From Eledone cirrhosa (taxonomy: Eukaryota), in the NCBI GenBank assembly GCA_964016885.1, contig OZ024743.1, forward strand, positions 72,602,001-72,666,000: 64,000 bases of DNA, read 5' to 3'. Shown here one piece after another: positions 37,743 through 52,405 of this stretch. A model generated the notes under the pieces. The model did not search any database and was not told the origin of the DNA. It saw nothing but the letters and a program-made list of their open reading frames with translations. Numbering within the stretch: position 1 is the stretch's first letter; every line of letters begins with the position of its first letter. The position numbers and the translations under genes are program-made.

Positions 37743-39802
37743 TATTCTGTAGAAAATTATGTCTCACAGAGGAATTCATTGACAAGGAGAATAACGACCA
37801 ATCAATTGTACGGAATAAAAGCAGCTACAACCCAACAAAAGGTAGAAACAGCGTTCTGGATAAATTTTGTGACCACATAGCTACTTTCCCATACCATGAA
37901 CTACCGCAACCTAAACCCAAACCCAACACGAGTCGAAGGGAATGGGAGATTATCCATCAACTAAAAAACAATACGGACATTATAATTAAGGAAGCGGACA
38001 AGGGAAGTACTGTTGTCATTATGGATGCTGACAAATATAAAAATTCTATGTTCTCTCTCTTACAAAATACTATTTACTATGAAAGAGTAAAAAACTACCA
38101 GCAATCAAAAACAATGACCAGATTAAACACACTGATTTGTCGATACCAGGAAGACTTAACTAAAAAGGAACGCGATTATTTAACACAATTTGAAAACAAA
38201 ACCAGCAACCTTTACGGACTTCCGAATATCAACAATTGTAAAATAATTAACGATGTCTGTAAACAATCCACCTCAGCCTGCGTAAACACACAATACCCCA
38301 CATACCTTAAATTAAGACCAATTGTAGTGGACCCACAATGTGAAACACACAGACTGAGCAACTTTGTAGACATACTACTAAAACCTATTCTCAAAAACAT
38401 TGCAAGCCTTGTAAGAGACGATCTGGACCTCTTAAACCACCTCCCCAAACATGTCAACAACAACATCTTTCGATGTAGTGAATCTCTACACAACGATCCG
38501 ACACCAATACGGACTAGAAGCAATAGGATTCTGGCTAGGGAAATATCCCAATGAGATACCTGGCAGAATAGAAAAAAGCTTCATCTTCGAGGGATTAAAA
38601 TTTATCTTACAGAACAACTTATTTTATTTCGATGGCAGTACTTAGAATCAAATATCGGGGACTGCTATGGGTACAAAAGCCGCTCCAACTCATGCCAATT
38701 TAGTCATGGCATACTTAGAAGTTCAGAAATATGAACAGTCCAAATCAAAACACGGATTGAACTTCCACAAATATTTATCAGAGAATTGGAAACGCTACTT
38801 GGATGATTGTCTCATTCTTTGGTCCCACTCACTCTACCAACTGAATGATTTCAAAAATTTATTTGACGGCATCAATAACCACATCCAATTCACAATGGAA
38901 TACAGCCAAGATCAACTCCCATTTCTGGACATCTTAATCTTAAAAAAAGACACAAATATTGAAACTCCAAACATCCAAAACACACGAAGACGAACATTCA
39001 TTTTAACCTAGAAAGAAGAATTTGCACAATTGCCTCCAATTATGAAACGCGAAATAAAAGACTTCAAGGATTAAAGGAAATTCTACTCGAAAGACAGTAT
39101 CCACCATTACTAATAAATAATGCAATAGAAAGGGCTAAAGCAATAGGCAATGATGAATTACGAAAACAGAAACAAATTCAAGGTACGTCCAATATTCTAT
39201 CATATGTCGCAACACACAACCCAAGAAATGAGGAAGCTTACAACACTATTCACCAGAAGATCCCACTATTGAAACAAGACCCAAGAATGAAAAAAGCCCT
39301 TGAAACACACAACATAATCAAAAGCAAAAGACAACCAAAATCACTGAAAACATTACTCACCAATGCCAAATTACCTACCAAAAATCCACAACTAACTGTC
39401 AAAAAATGTGGTCGCTCTAATTGTGGAAACTGAACTCACCTCATTGAAGGCAACACGTATACATTTCAATCAGGACAACATTTTGCTGTAAGAAATCACT
39501 TCACTTGCTCATCAAAAAATCTAGTTTATGCCATTAAATGTAAAGGATGCAATGAAGATTATATAGGACAAACTAAACTCACACTCAGAAACAGAATGAC
39601 AGTTCATCGCCAACAATTACAAGATCCAACCACGAGACAGATACCACTAAGCGCGCATCTAGACATTTGCGCATGTAATAAGACACCCAAATTCCAAGTC
39701 TTCCCATTTTACGTTTGCGCTGACAATACAACAGAACAAATACGAATAAATAAGGAAAATATGTTTATTCAAAAATATAGACCAGTATTAAATATGGTTT
39801 AA
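37743..39802 (+). pseudogene. Penelope-like element 4 (possibly Neptune-type) RT-GIY-YIG, disrupted
   Basis: [79 protein letters not shown]. Confidence 0.9.
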
Positions 39803-40382
39803 TATACATTATGTCAACACCATAACATGCTAACCATCCAAACAGACACATACACACATAACACCTTCTACTTTACCAAATAAAAACCCGAACTAAATAA
39901 ACCTTAACATACGTTTGTGCTGACAATACAACAGAACAAATACGAATAAATAAGGAAAATATGTTCATTCAAAAATATTTCTACTAACGGATTCATTTTC
40001 CTATATACACACACACACAAAATATATATTCCATTCATCTTAACATGCTAACCATACTCTCAAACACACATAACACCCATACACACACACATAACACCTC
40101 CCCACACACACACAACTCACTCCCCTATTTCTACTAATAGAATCATTTTCCTACAAACATACACGCACACAAAATATATATATTATTTCCATCTTAACAT
40201 ACTCCCCCCCCCACACACACAAAAACACACAACACCCATATACACACACACACAAATCCTCCTATTTCTACTAATAGAATCATCTTCCTACACACACACA
40301 CACAAGCACACAAATAAAGATACATATCTCTATTTTCTTCATTTGAATAGAAAGTCTGAATTCTGACTCCCCAGCAATCAAA

Positions 40383-40750
40383 CCATATTCACTGAACCAC
40401 AACAATTCTCCCATCCCATTTCTCTTGACCATTATCTTTTGTTTGTCAAACACTGCCGCTAAAGCTGATCTGCTTATTCACGTGACTGCATCAACCAACA
40501 AAACTTCACTCATATATGAAAAAACAACTTGCCATATTCACTGAACCAGAACAATTCTCCCATTCCATATCTCTTGACCATTATCTTTTGTTTGTCAAAC
40601 ACTGCCGCTAAAGCTGATCTGCTTATTCACGTGACTGCATCAACCAACCAAACTTCACTCATGTATGGAAAAACAACCTGCCATATTCACTGAACCAGAA
40701 CAATTTCCCCCCATCCAATTTCTCTTGACCATTATCTTTTCTTTGTCATC
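40383..40750 (+). repeat. ~149-bp tandem repeat (about 2.5 units) downstream of PLE4
   Basis: CCATATTCACTGAACCA.AACAATT at 40383, 40532 and 40681; partial unit at ~40923-40990. Confidence 0.85.
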
Positions 40751-41390
40751 AAATTTTCTAAAAGGCTACAAAATAAATTCCTAAATACGGGCACGGAATT
40801 TCATGAATTGTTCACGTGACAGTCATAATTTCATTTATAACCAATCAAATTACATTTATAAAAATAAAGCCTTCGAGAGCCCCCTTTTTTTAAGTAAAAA
40901 GAAATTCAAACAAACTGGTGCGAAAGCTGATGTACTTATTCATGTGACTGCATCAACCAACCAAACTTCACTCATATATGAAAAAACAACCAATATATTG
41001 AGCACCTTCTGCATACGCTATTTGGCAAATAACTACATGTATCACCTATCCCTCCTTTTTTTCTCTCTCTCGATACGTAAATACTCTATACATATATATA
41101 TATATATCATAAATCATGTCCCTAGAATTATTAGATAAAATATATACCATTTCCTCTCCCAATTAGCATAATTAACCATATAAAAAATCAATTAGACCAA
41201 GCTATAAGAATAAAGGCTCCTATGAAGAAACTTCCGACAAATAACCGAAAGCAGCCTCTTCGTGGTGGCCCCAATAGAGTATTTATCCAAAATTTCAACA
41301 GCATGTAGAAGCTGACTAAATATACCATCAACTATACACAATTAGGTGTAAATTCAAACTTAGAAGAAATGTGTACATACCGTTATTATA

Positions 41391-41467
41391 TCTCTACCAT
41401 GGTTTCATCCGTATTTTTAGACATCCAATTAATAGGATATGTCCAGAGTATCGGATTCATCAGGAGA
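41391..41467 (-). ncRNA. Type-I hammerhead ribozyme, long stem II
   Basis: UCUC CUGAUGA AUCCG...CGGAU GAAA CCAUGG UA GAGA: intact core, palindromic stem III. Confidence 0.85.
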
Positions 41468-41908
41468 AAAACTCAAAATTAGACATTTAGTTTTCCAAAG
41501 TGATCGCGCCAAAACTAGATTCAAAAATGGCTAAGAATCGTCACGTGGCAGTGGTCAAGTTAGAAAGAATGTGATTAGTTGCTTACGGCTGGTAGGCTTG
41601 TTGCTATAAAGCACAGACCAATATCGCTAAATTGTATCTCAACCTAAGGGTGATTTTTAACATATTACATATGTTTCTCCGACGATCAGCTCAAGACCGA
41701 TCGGACCTGCCTCTGCATTCGCAAGTTTATCGGATATGTTTTGCGCTTGCAAAGCATTTCATATATGTTTATATTCATATATATACATATATATACATAT
41801 ATATACATATATATTGAGCACCTTCTGCATACGCTATTTGGCAAATAACTACATGTATCACCTATCCCTCCTATTTTCTCTCTCTCGATACGTAAATATA
41901 TATTTTAT

Positions 41909-41961
<53 letters not shown>

Positions 41962-42336
41962 AATGGCTGTTCAGCATAATCGAAGCTCTGTGTGCGGCCA
42001 TGCTAACGAATTCAATGCGGAATGTGCAGCTAAGTACTCAATAAGGTAGTTTTACCTTAGAGTGATAACATTACTATTAGACACCTTGACAAATTGAAGA
42101 TTGCGACCGGTGAGGAACCGCAAGGACCAAAGGAAAGAGAAAACCAACTCAGGATAATTTGATAAACCTGCACCATTCCGCCGATATTATGCAATATCTA
42201 TGGTAGGTATCTCTGAAACTGAAATCAACAAATCCACTTGCGGGATATGCAGGTTAGTGGTTTTGCATGATCGAACAGAGGGTTCACTTTCTCAACAGGT
42301 TTCCGTTCAATACCGCAGTCGGGTATGTATATAGCA

Positions 42337-42375
<39 letters not shown>

Positions 42376-42378
<3 letters not shown>

Positions 42379-42625
42379 CGGGTAAGATTCCCGAGATCCA
42401 TGTGCGAGTTCACTCCAGTGGTCGCTGTCCGCCGCCATGTTCTGCGTCTCCGAGAGACATGTGTCTGTCCTTAGGGCATCAACATATATGAACCTCGGTC
42501 TCCCACTTCTAGTGTGCCCGTGCAGGGGCTCCCACAGAAGCACTGGGTGCAGTGACAACCCTGAACATTAGTGAGCATGTCCAGCTAACCTCAGTCTCCT
42601 CCATGTTCCATTTGAGCTGACCTTT
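42376..42625 (-). pseudogene. RTE-type LINE 3' fragment
   Basis: RRLRLAGHA...VLLWEPLHGHTRSGRPRFIYVDALRTDT. Confidence 0.7.
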
Positions 42626-42626
42626 G

Positions 42627-42675
<49 letters not shown>

Positions 42676-42824
42676 GTATGTACTCATAATAAAAAAGTCA
42701 TACTAACTATAGCCATACAGTCATAACACAATGTATATAAACATATATACATTCATATATACATACACAGACATATAGATATACAAGCAAACATGCATGC
42801 ATCTATATACATCTACATACATAT

Positions 42825-42996
<172 letters not shown>

Positions 42997-44891
42997 AGGG
43001 AATTAAAGATACAAATATACGCACAAATAAATGTAGAATAGATAGACAAAATTTGGAAAGTACAAATTAAAAAATAACTGGTCCCGTACATATGGGTGCA
43101 TACATAATTTCACTCATACATAACTATATGCGTTCATCTAAACTATAATAATGAAGGTCTGCGGGACTGCGTACGCTTCCTTTTTTGTTTATTCCGTTAG
43201 TAAAATAAGTTGGATTACTTTGAATAAATAACGAATGAATATTACATAATTTATCTACTAAATTTCGTAAACAAAAATAATTTCGTAAAAATAAATAATT
43301 AGAAATTGACTTCTTTTCAAAGTTGCACTTCCAGTATATCGTTACCACCACCACTTCAACTACCATATATATAGAAAGAGAGAGTGTTTAATGTCAACAA
43401 TTCCGCTGGCGATCACTTAAATAAACATACTAATTTTCTGTCACAAATTTTCTCCTAATGCAGTTTATATATAATATTGTCTTTTTTTAATGTATCATTG
43501 ATTACGTTACAGATTACATAAGATAGTGTAACATCGTTTTCGTTCAATTTCTGTTTACACCGTCAATTACGATTTGATTTGATGTATCATATCTACATGT
43601 ATATATACTTGCGTATAATATCAATATACACACTACACATGCTAGCAGAAAACTACCCGGAAGGTGATTTTTCTGCTAGTATAAATAATAAAGATAAACA
43701 AATTAAAACTAAAAGATACATCTTGATTCTACTCTGATTCTACGAAGCAGATTTTCCTCTAAGAAAATCTGTTTCGTAGAATCAAGTCGTATCTGAGGAC
43801 CTTGCAATTTTCAGAGTCAGGTTTGATCTTCACATCGATCGTGCCTCGAGCTGGTCGCCAGAGAAAGATTGTAATATGCCCAATAAATTCCATTCGTCGC
43901 AACACCGATTCTCTTTTTTTTCTGTGAAAAGAGCATCGTGTGCTCAAACGCCCTACCGCATACAGACGCTTTAAGCATCCAACACCAATTATATATGTGT
44001 ATGTATATATATATATATATATATACCCAAATACATTAAAAATCTATAGGGAAAACAAATATAAAATAAAAAGTAATTCTTGACGAATAATCCCATTTTT
44101 AGTATGTAGTAAGTTTAAGGTGAAGGTTAACATTTCAAACGCCTTGGTTAAACAGATTACATTTGGATCTATTTCCCCCATATTGCCTTACGTTATTAAT
44201 TAGAGACCATTTAATATTATAATTAACCTTATCATCCTTAAGAGACCATATTAATTTGGCCAGAGAAGTAGTGTTAATCAACTTTTTATTTTTAAAAGAA
44301 TGGGTATGAGCATAAAATCCAGTCTTGAATTTATTAGCAATCGCACTAATTAAAACAATTATCACTAGTTGAAACCTCACATTTATACATAACATTAGTT
44401 GTAAGACATTTGCTTCCCAATGGGTAATTTTTAGGAATTCTACAATTATACTTAATCACTAAAGTTCTACTATTGTTATTAAAAGTACCTCAATTATGGT
44501 CACCACAACCAAGGGTGCCATTGGCGTACCTAGTTTTATCAGGATCAATAAATTCATTATCTATTCTAGAAGCCCCATTACAAGGATTGTTAACTGCTTC
44601 AGTTGTAATATTAAGAGTAGAGATACCTTCATTGACAGTATTATTGTCAACGAGGATATTACTGCCACTAATATTATCAATAGTAGTAATACCTATATTA
44701 TTACTGGAGGGTACAATGTTAGTGATAGTTCTATTACATATTCTAAAATAATTAAGTTTCTTTTTATTAAACATTGCTATGTAGTCCGCCAGATTAGGGG
44801 TTGTAGAAAAATATAGTTTTACATTATTTGTTATTTATTATCTTATAATATCTATGGTTGGGAGGAAAATTCGTATCTACTATATAAAGAA

Positions 44892-45472
44892 CTAGCAGTG
44901 GTACTCGGCGTTGGACGGGATAAGGTATTTTGGAACGCGGGCCGCCATCAGACCTAATCGTGGAAAAACTGCATGCCAGGACAATATGTTAAGAAAATAA
45001 ACCAATTACTCTGATGGCTGGATAATCTTTAAGATTTTACTCGATGAAGCAAGAAAAATGCAGGTTTTCGCTTTATGCGGGCCCTAAGGGATCAAGAAAA
45101 TGAATTTTTTTATGTGCATAATAAGCCTTGAAATTTCTGGAAAATCGGCTAGACGTAACGCCTCAAAAAAGCGCTAAGATACTGAAAAAATGAAGTTTTC
45201 ACCTAATGCGGGCCCTAGGCCATAAAAAAGTTGGATTTTCTTTGCTCACGGTATGAGGAAGAGACTGAATAGTTACAATTTCAAGGAAATCGGTCTTATG
45301 TAACGCCTCAAAAAAGCCATAAAAACCTGCAAAAAACGCAGTTTTTCACCTAATGTGGGCCTTAGGGAACCAAAAAGTTGAATGTTATGTGCATAACACT
45401 CCCTGAAACATAAGTAATACACATGTAAAGTTTGAGAAAGGTTGAGTATTTCTCGAGTTTTAGGGATTCAAA

Positions 45473-45520
<48 letters not shown>

Positions 45521-45805
45521 ACCTCAGGGAAGTGACGTAATGCAGACAGCTAGACATACATACATATATTATAAGGGCGCTACGTTATATGTATGTATAT
45601 ATCTAAAAAGAGAAAGACTAAGCATTATAGAGAGAGATTACTAAATCGCCTAATCCGGTCCCTAGGGCATTGAACATTTGAAATTTCTTTTGCCCAGAAC
45701 ACTCCCTGAAACATAAGTTTGACCAAAGTCGGTTGGGTGCTTCTCCAGTTTTAGCGATTCAAACTCACACACACAGACACACATCCTCAGTTTTATATAT
45801 ATAGA
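44892..45805 (-). mobile_element. Non-autonomous Helitron
   Basis: Minus-strand 5' TCTATATATATAAAACTGAGG; 3' CCCGTCCAACGCCGAGTA..CTAG; inserted between A and T without a TSD; internal ~140-150-bp tandem repeats. Confidence 0.85.
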
Positions 45806-45914
45806 TAACTTTGGTATATTAGAAGCTACATGAATACCGAATTGAGGGTTAAACCATATACATTTTTCCTTCTTAATTTATGTTTTTCTTTATAATTACA
45901 TGCTTTAATTAGTG

Positions 45915-46393
45915 CAGTGGTTTTTAAACTTTTTTTTTGCCAACGGCACACCTTGGAACATATATATGAAAAAATATATGAACAAATTTGAACTCTGAAA
46001 ATTACGCTATTTTTCAACAATTTTTGGTCATATCTCTGTAAAAATTAGGACAAAAATTTGTCTCAGTTTTAGAGGTAGATTGTACCATATAAGTGAAAAA
46101 AAGATGCATGATATAATAATTAAGACAAGTATTGACCAATATGATCAATACTAATGACGAACGAAACAATAAAAGATATAGAATTTTTAGTATTGCGACA
46201 TTTGGAAACATTTCGCTCATCCCTAAATGAACAAAGCTATGTGGTGCAACATGTTACACCACAGACTGTCAATACTATATGGCATCACGTGGGTTTTCGC
46301 ATTTTCTTAGTGTGCTGTTCAAAATTTCGCAGCACACTTAGGAAGAGCTCGCGGCACACCTGTGTGCCCTGGCACACTGGTTGAGAATCACTG
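45915..46393. mobile_element. hAT (Charlie-like) MITE
   Basis: TIRs CAGTGGTTTTTAAAC / GTTGAGAATCACTG; perfect 8-bp TSD AATTAGTG at 45907-45914 and 46394-46401. Confidence 0.9.
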
Positions 46394-46857
46394 AATTAGT
46401 GTATCATCTATATTATTACTAGTACTTTCAATTGAATTTGGTTTTAAAATGTCATGTTTAAGGTTAGTAGTTGGTTTAAACAAATTATCAGTTTTAGTCA
46501 TATCATTCTTACTATTATTTTTCCTCCTATTATTATAAAAACCATATGTAGATTTATTGCTATTTCTTGGAGATATGTATTTACTAAAGATAAACCTTAT
46601 TATAAGATTTATTATCAGTAGTGTTATACTTTATCTTTTCATAATATCCTGATCTATGTAATGTCTCATTATATTAATTAATATTCTGGTTTAAAATATC
46701 AATATTAGTGAGCTTATTCTATTAGAAATATTATTAAATATTGCATTCTTAATAGATATAGGGTGGTTAGAAAATGTATTTACATAAATTAGAACCTTAC
46801 CAGGTTTATGCAATGGTTTATGGTAATTGTCATTTAGATCTAAACTAACAACCTAGG

Positions 46858-47400
46858 GTCTGACGCCATGCTTTGCAGCAAAGAGTTACGGGCCTTTATA
46901 ATCTGAGTTCATATCCCGAAGTTCAATTTTCTTTCATTCTTACGGGGTCGATAAAAGACAGTACCAGTAATGCACTGGGATAATTGTTGGCCTTGTGCCA
47001 AAAGTAGACACAATTATTATCAACAGTAGCGGTGGATTGGCAGTATCGGTAGAGTGTCGGACGCCATGCTTTGACGCATAGAGTTACGGCCCTTGCAATT
47101 CTGAGTTCAAATCCCACCGAGGTTAACTTTGCCTTTCATCCTTACGGTGTCGATAAAATAAGTACCAGTAATGCACTGGGTAATTGCTGGGCTTGTGCCT
47201 AAAGTAGAAACAATTATTATCAACAGTAGCATTGGATGGTCAGTATCGGTAGAGGGTCGGATGCTATGCTTTGACGCATAGAGTTACGGCCCTTACAAGT
47301 CGGATTTCAAATCCCACCGAGGTTAATTTTGCCTTTCATCCTTACTGGGTCGATAAAATAAAGTACCCATAATGCTGGCCTTGTGCCAAAAGTAGAAACA
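46858..47400 (+). mobile_element. Three tandem SINE family A copies
   Basis: ~195-bp units joined by CAATTATTATCAACAGTAGC. Confidence 0.85.
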
Positions 47401-47539
47401 GTTCTTCTTATATAGATAAGCATTTTAAATTTCTATACCATTTGGCGTAACTTCGTATTTTTTTCTAAATGTAAACAAATTTATTGCTGCTGGATGATTG
47501 TATCATGGTGACATTATATTGAGGTGTATGTATTAAATA

Positions 47540-47588
47540 TCTGACTTTGAAAAGTCCCAGGAGCGGGATGAAACGTTCGTCAATCAGA
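47540..47588 (+). ncRNA. Minimal hammerhead ribozyme, U3-A8 core variant
   Basis: UCUGACU UUGAAAA GUCCC-AGGAGC-GGGAU GAAA CGUUCG UC AAUCAGA. Confidence 0.7.
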
Positions 47589-47852
47589 ATTTAACGTTTC
47601 AATGTGTTTGGTGTCTTTTTAATGAATAATTTGCCTCTTCTGTAATTGTTGTTTTTTGCATAAGATGACCTTTATAGGAAGGTTCTCTCTGAAGGCTTAA
47701 TACATAGCCTTTTGTTTGGCTTATTTTGATGAATTACTATATGTGTATAACACATTTACATATTGTTATAACCTCTTATATTGTATTTGTAAAACAATAT
47801 ATATCTCATATATATCTCATATATATATATAACAAATTAAATACCCCTTCTA

Positions 47853-47922
<70 letters not shown>

Positions 47923-48368
47923 TATAGTAATAATAATAAATTTGAAGACTAAAATCCAAAGAGGGCTCGATAAGGATAAATATATATCAAATATATATGA
48001 ACCGTAGAGCAAATATTTATTAAAATAACAGATTAAAGTTTAAGCAAAGAATCGCTGCTTTCACCTTTAACGGGATCTTCTGAAACTAACAAAATCGATC
48101 TGTGAACGCAGAAGTGAATATTTCAAAAAAGATTGCAACCGTAGGAAGAGAGGAAGACGATACTTTGGTTCGTGGAAACGTTCCCTTGCAAAGAACGGGA
48201 AAAAACGTCATTATTTGGAGCGCTAAAAAACAATTTCACGCAAAGACAAAACAAAGTTTACGGTATAAAAGTTGTAGACAATATTCTATTAGGTGGTTCA
48301 TAGAGACGTACTCAGGCAATGAACGGAAAACCCGAAGATAATACGTCATATGTGGATTGGGGAGAACA

Positions 48369-48408
<40 letters not shown>

Positions 48409-48417
48409 AATATAGAT

Positions 48418-48470
48418 GAGATTCTACAGGACTAGAACTGTTTCATTCTTTAGAAACCATCAGGAATCTC
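48418..48470 (-). ncRNA. Hammerhead motif (A9G core change)
   Basis: GAGAUUC CUGAUGG UUUCUAAAGAAU GAAA CAG-UUCUAGUC-CUG UA GAAUCUC: perfect 7-bp stem I. Confidence 0.75.
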
Positions 48471-48549
48471 AGAGATTAAAACTGTTATACTCTGCAATGT
48501 ATTGAGTACCTTACTTACTGTGGTTACCTCCGATTCAACCCGGAATAAC

Positions 48550-48586
<37 letters not shown>

Positions 48587-48863
48587 TATATATATAAATA
48601 TATATATGTAGTAATAATAATAAATGTAAAGACTAAAATCCAAAGAGGGCTCGATAAGGATAAATATCAAATATATATCAAATATAGAATCCTAGAGCAA
48701 ATATTTATTAAAATAACAGATTAAAGTTTAAGCAAAGAATCGCTGCTTTCACCCTTAACGTGACCTTCTTCTTTTAATTTCAGAATCCCGTTAAGGGTGA
48801 AAGCAGCGATTATTTGCTTAAACTTGAATCTGTTATTTTAATAAATATGTATATATATGTTTG

Positions 48864-48962
<99 letters not shown>

Positions 48963-50200
48963 TCTTGAAACCTTTTATTGCTTTTATTCAATAGTCAGCA
49001 GACATTACTGTACGCGCGATAGTGTGTGTCGCTGTGTGTTGTAGCCACGGTATTGACTGTATGGCGATAGTCTTAAGGAAACGATGGTAATTACTGAAAA
49101 CTCCGATGACAGCTGTATGACCTCTGAGTTTAAATTGTCTGGCACTAGGATTCTAAAAAAATTGAAATATATATTTTTTTAATTACATATTTACACTATT
49201 GTTAATATTGTATCTAGCAGTGTTGCATTTAAATGCCGTCATTATCGACTGGTTTATTGAAAGATATTAATGTGTCTTAGTATAATGTCTGACGTGTTTT
49301 AATTGAATACAATATTGAAATTGGGTTAATTACTGAATATATTGAGTGGATCGTTATTGTAATACTGTATTTTGTTAATGTATGAATCAATATAAGACAT
49401 TAGGTTGATTATTCTGCTGTATTGGACAGATTACTCTAACATATTCACCGAATCTCTGTGTCTGAAAGGAATATAGAGGTCACAGCAAGAAACCATTCAT
49501 AAGACTTACTTCCATTAACTAATTTCCATGTATATCTAATGGAGCTTTACGCTCTATGCCTATTTCTTCCCAGTTGTTGAAATGTTTAATTATTTCACCT
49601 ATCTAATTATTTATAACCGGCATTTCAAAACTCACATTACATTCCTACATTTGGAACATACTCACTTACTTGTCTAATTGAGGAAAATTCAGAGATTACT
49701 TGTCTGTCAAAATACTTGATGAAAATGCCTCAATTATATCGTAGAAGCGGAAGGTAGATTTCATTACATGCTAGCGGTTTGAAGCAGTTAACCACTTATA
49801 TTCTTTGTCAATATTTATAAAATAAGATAGTTACATTAAAAGTGTCATTAGAAATCATCCAATTAAAATATCCCTCTACTGTATCTCACATGACCAAACA
49901 TTAATTCAAATGAACATCATTCTCTAAGTCTGATTTAACTTGATATCAGATAGAATATTTCGCAAATGACTATTTCCTGTTTGCGCATGACTGGCTCTTG
50001 ATGCTGCTGCTGTTTTGGTGGTTTATTTCTCTCTCCAATTCACTCCCACTCCTCTCTCTTTTCTTCTCTCTCTCCTTCTCTCCTCCTCTCTATATGCGTA
50101 TCCCCATATCTCCCATGCTGCCCCCACTCTCTCTCACTCTCTCTCATTATATATATATATATATAAGATTTTTGGTTACATTAATTTCCCTATTTTCATT

Positions 50201-50233
<33 letters not shown>

Positions 50234-50252
50234 TTAGTTATATATATATATT

Positions 50253-50406
<154 letters not shown>

Positions 50407-50451
50407 TATAGTTTTGTGAGGTTTTTATATGGAATCGTGAGTCGAAACAAA

Positions 50452-52405
50452 TATTGTTATACTTGGGGAGGGTCATATTTGTGTAATAATATTGCCAGAA
50501 TTATTAGCAGAACACACTCACTGTTTGGTTGGTTTTCGCTTCTGTGTCTTTTATATCGGTTAATTTAATTTATTCGGTCCTCAATGTTACCATTGACTGA
50601 CCAACGAGAAGATCTACACCCAACATGAGGGAGCAGCCATTGGCGTCAGCATAGCTGGTGACGTTGCCAACCTTTTTATGGTATGGTGGGAAAGGAGACT
50701 CAAAGATCTCCTTGATGAGAGCTCCATAGACTGCATCATGTACTCACGTTACGTAGACGACATCAATATAGTAATAAGGACATCCCCACAAGAGAGCACT
50801 AATAAGTTTGATTTAGAACGTAGCACAATGGAAAGCATCCAGCAGATAGCTGATTCCATACACCAGAGTATAACTGTAACTATCGACTACCCTTCCAAAC
50901 ACCCTAACAATAGACTACCTGTATCAGACACGGACCTCTGGATTAACAGTATAGACGACAGAGTCCAAATTCTCCACTCACACTTTCCTAAATCCATGGC
51001 CTCCAAATACATGACACTCAAAGACTCAGCAATGTCCAGTAGGGCTAAGTTTAATATTCTAATCGCAGACATGGTACGAGTGATGAAGAACGTGTCCCGC
51101 ATGTGCGACCCAACAGAAATGGAAAGACACATCCAACATTTCATCAACCGCATGCAGTTCTCTGGCTACAACCAAAGAGACAGAATCAGAGTATACAAAG
51201 GAGCCACGGAGAAGTATAAGACCCTCATAGAACTGGACATGAAAGGAATTTGCCCATTATACAGGAGCAAATCATAGAATAGCTTAGATAGGACTAGACA
51301 TAAGATAGGGAAATCCACCTGATGGTACGACAACCAGAGATTCCAGAGTGTCATGTTTGTGGACGCTACCCCTGGAGGGAAATTAGCTAACCAGTGTAGA
51401 AAGGCCCTCAGAAAGACCCTCTTAAAGATTAAAGTGGTAGAATAGCCGGGAACCACCAAAAAATTCCTGATCAGCAAAACCTACCCTTTTAAGAAAACCC
51501 ACTGTACTAATAGGAAATATATCATATGTAAAGTAAACCCCCGGATAAACTGTAAAACTAGAAACGTAGTCTATAGCATATGATGTACAGAGGGTACTTG
51601 CAAAAACATGACAACAACATACATAGGCGAGACAGCTCGTAGCATAGGTGAAATGATAGACCAACACTGGCGGGAACTAAAAGGACGAAAAAACGGTTCA
51701 GTACTATAGGAACATGCCAGACAACAACACGGCGGTAACATATACAACATAGAAATTAGAATAATATCTAAACATAGAAATGACCCATCAGATAGGCAAA
51801 TAAGAGAGGCCAGCGAAATAGAATTTAGAAGGCCAAGGCTAAACAGAAAAAATGAATGGAATAACAGCAACACCCAAACAAACAACACTGACTTAAGAGA
51901 AGTATAAATAAATAAATAAATACATATACAAACACAATAACAACAAACACATATTAACACACACTAGTAAACTAAGATAGAATACAATAACCAATAAACA
52001 GTCACCCAAACACGAACAAACATCAAACAAATCACTATACACACACGCAAACGCATGCGCAGAGAAGACAAAAAATAAATAAATAAACAGATAAATAAAT
52101 AAATAAACAGACTAAATAAAGATGGCGTAGGCATACAATGCAACGGGAGGAAACATGATAGCACCACTGACGATATTGCAGATGTGCAACGAAATAACTT
52201 TGTCAGACTATATATATATGTGTTTGTGTCTACATTGTATCTGTATTTTTGACCGTTGGTCTGTCAATGGTAACATTGAGGACCGAATAAATTAAATTAA
52301 CCGATATAAAAGACACAGAAGCGAAAACCAACGAAACAGTGAGTGTGTTCTGTTATTAATTCTGGCAATATTATTACACAAATAGGACCCTCCCCGAGTA
52401 TAACA

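Larger units (their letters stand above)
44040..47620 (-). mobile_element. Penelope-like element 7 (decayed), interrupted by a Helitron, a hAT MITE and SINEs; probable inverted pLTR at 47410-47620
   Basis: SLDLN..HKP.HKP..IYVN.FSNHP (46770-46850), WFNP (45845-45860), IVDTNFPPNHRYYK (44841-44882), HSFKN..TTSLAKLIWSLK..YNIKWS..KCNL. Confidence 0.75.

Noticed and set aside
39431-39433. In-frame TGA at an expected Cys of PLE4 (CGRSNCGN*), a possible selenocysteine as in some Naiad PLEs
   Set aside because: Single site in a copy with other stops and frameshifts; no SECIS recognised; TGY>TGA decay suffices
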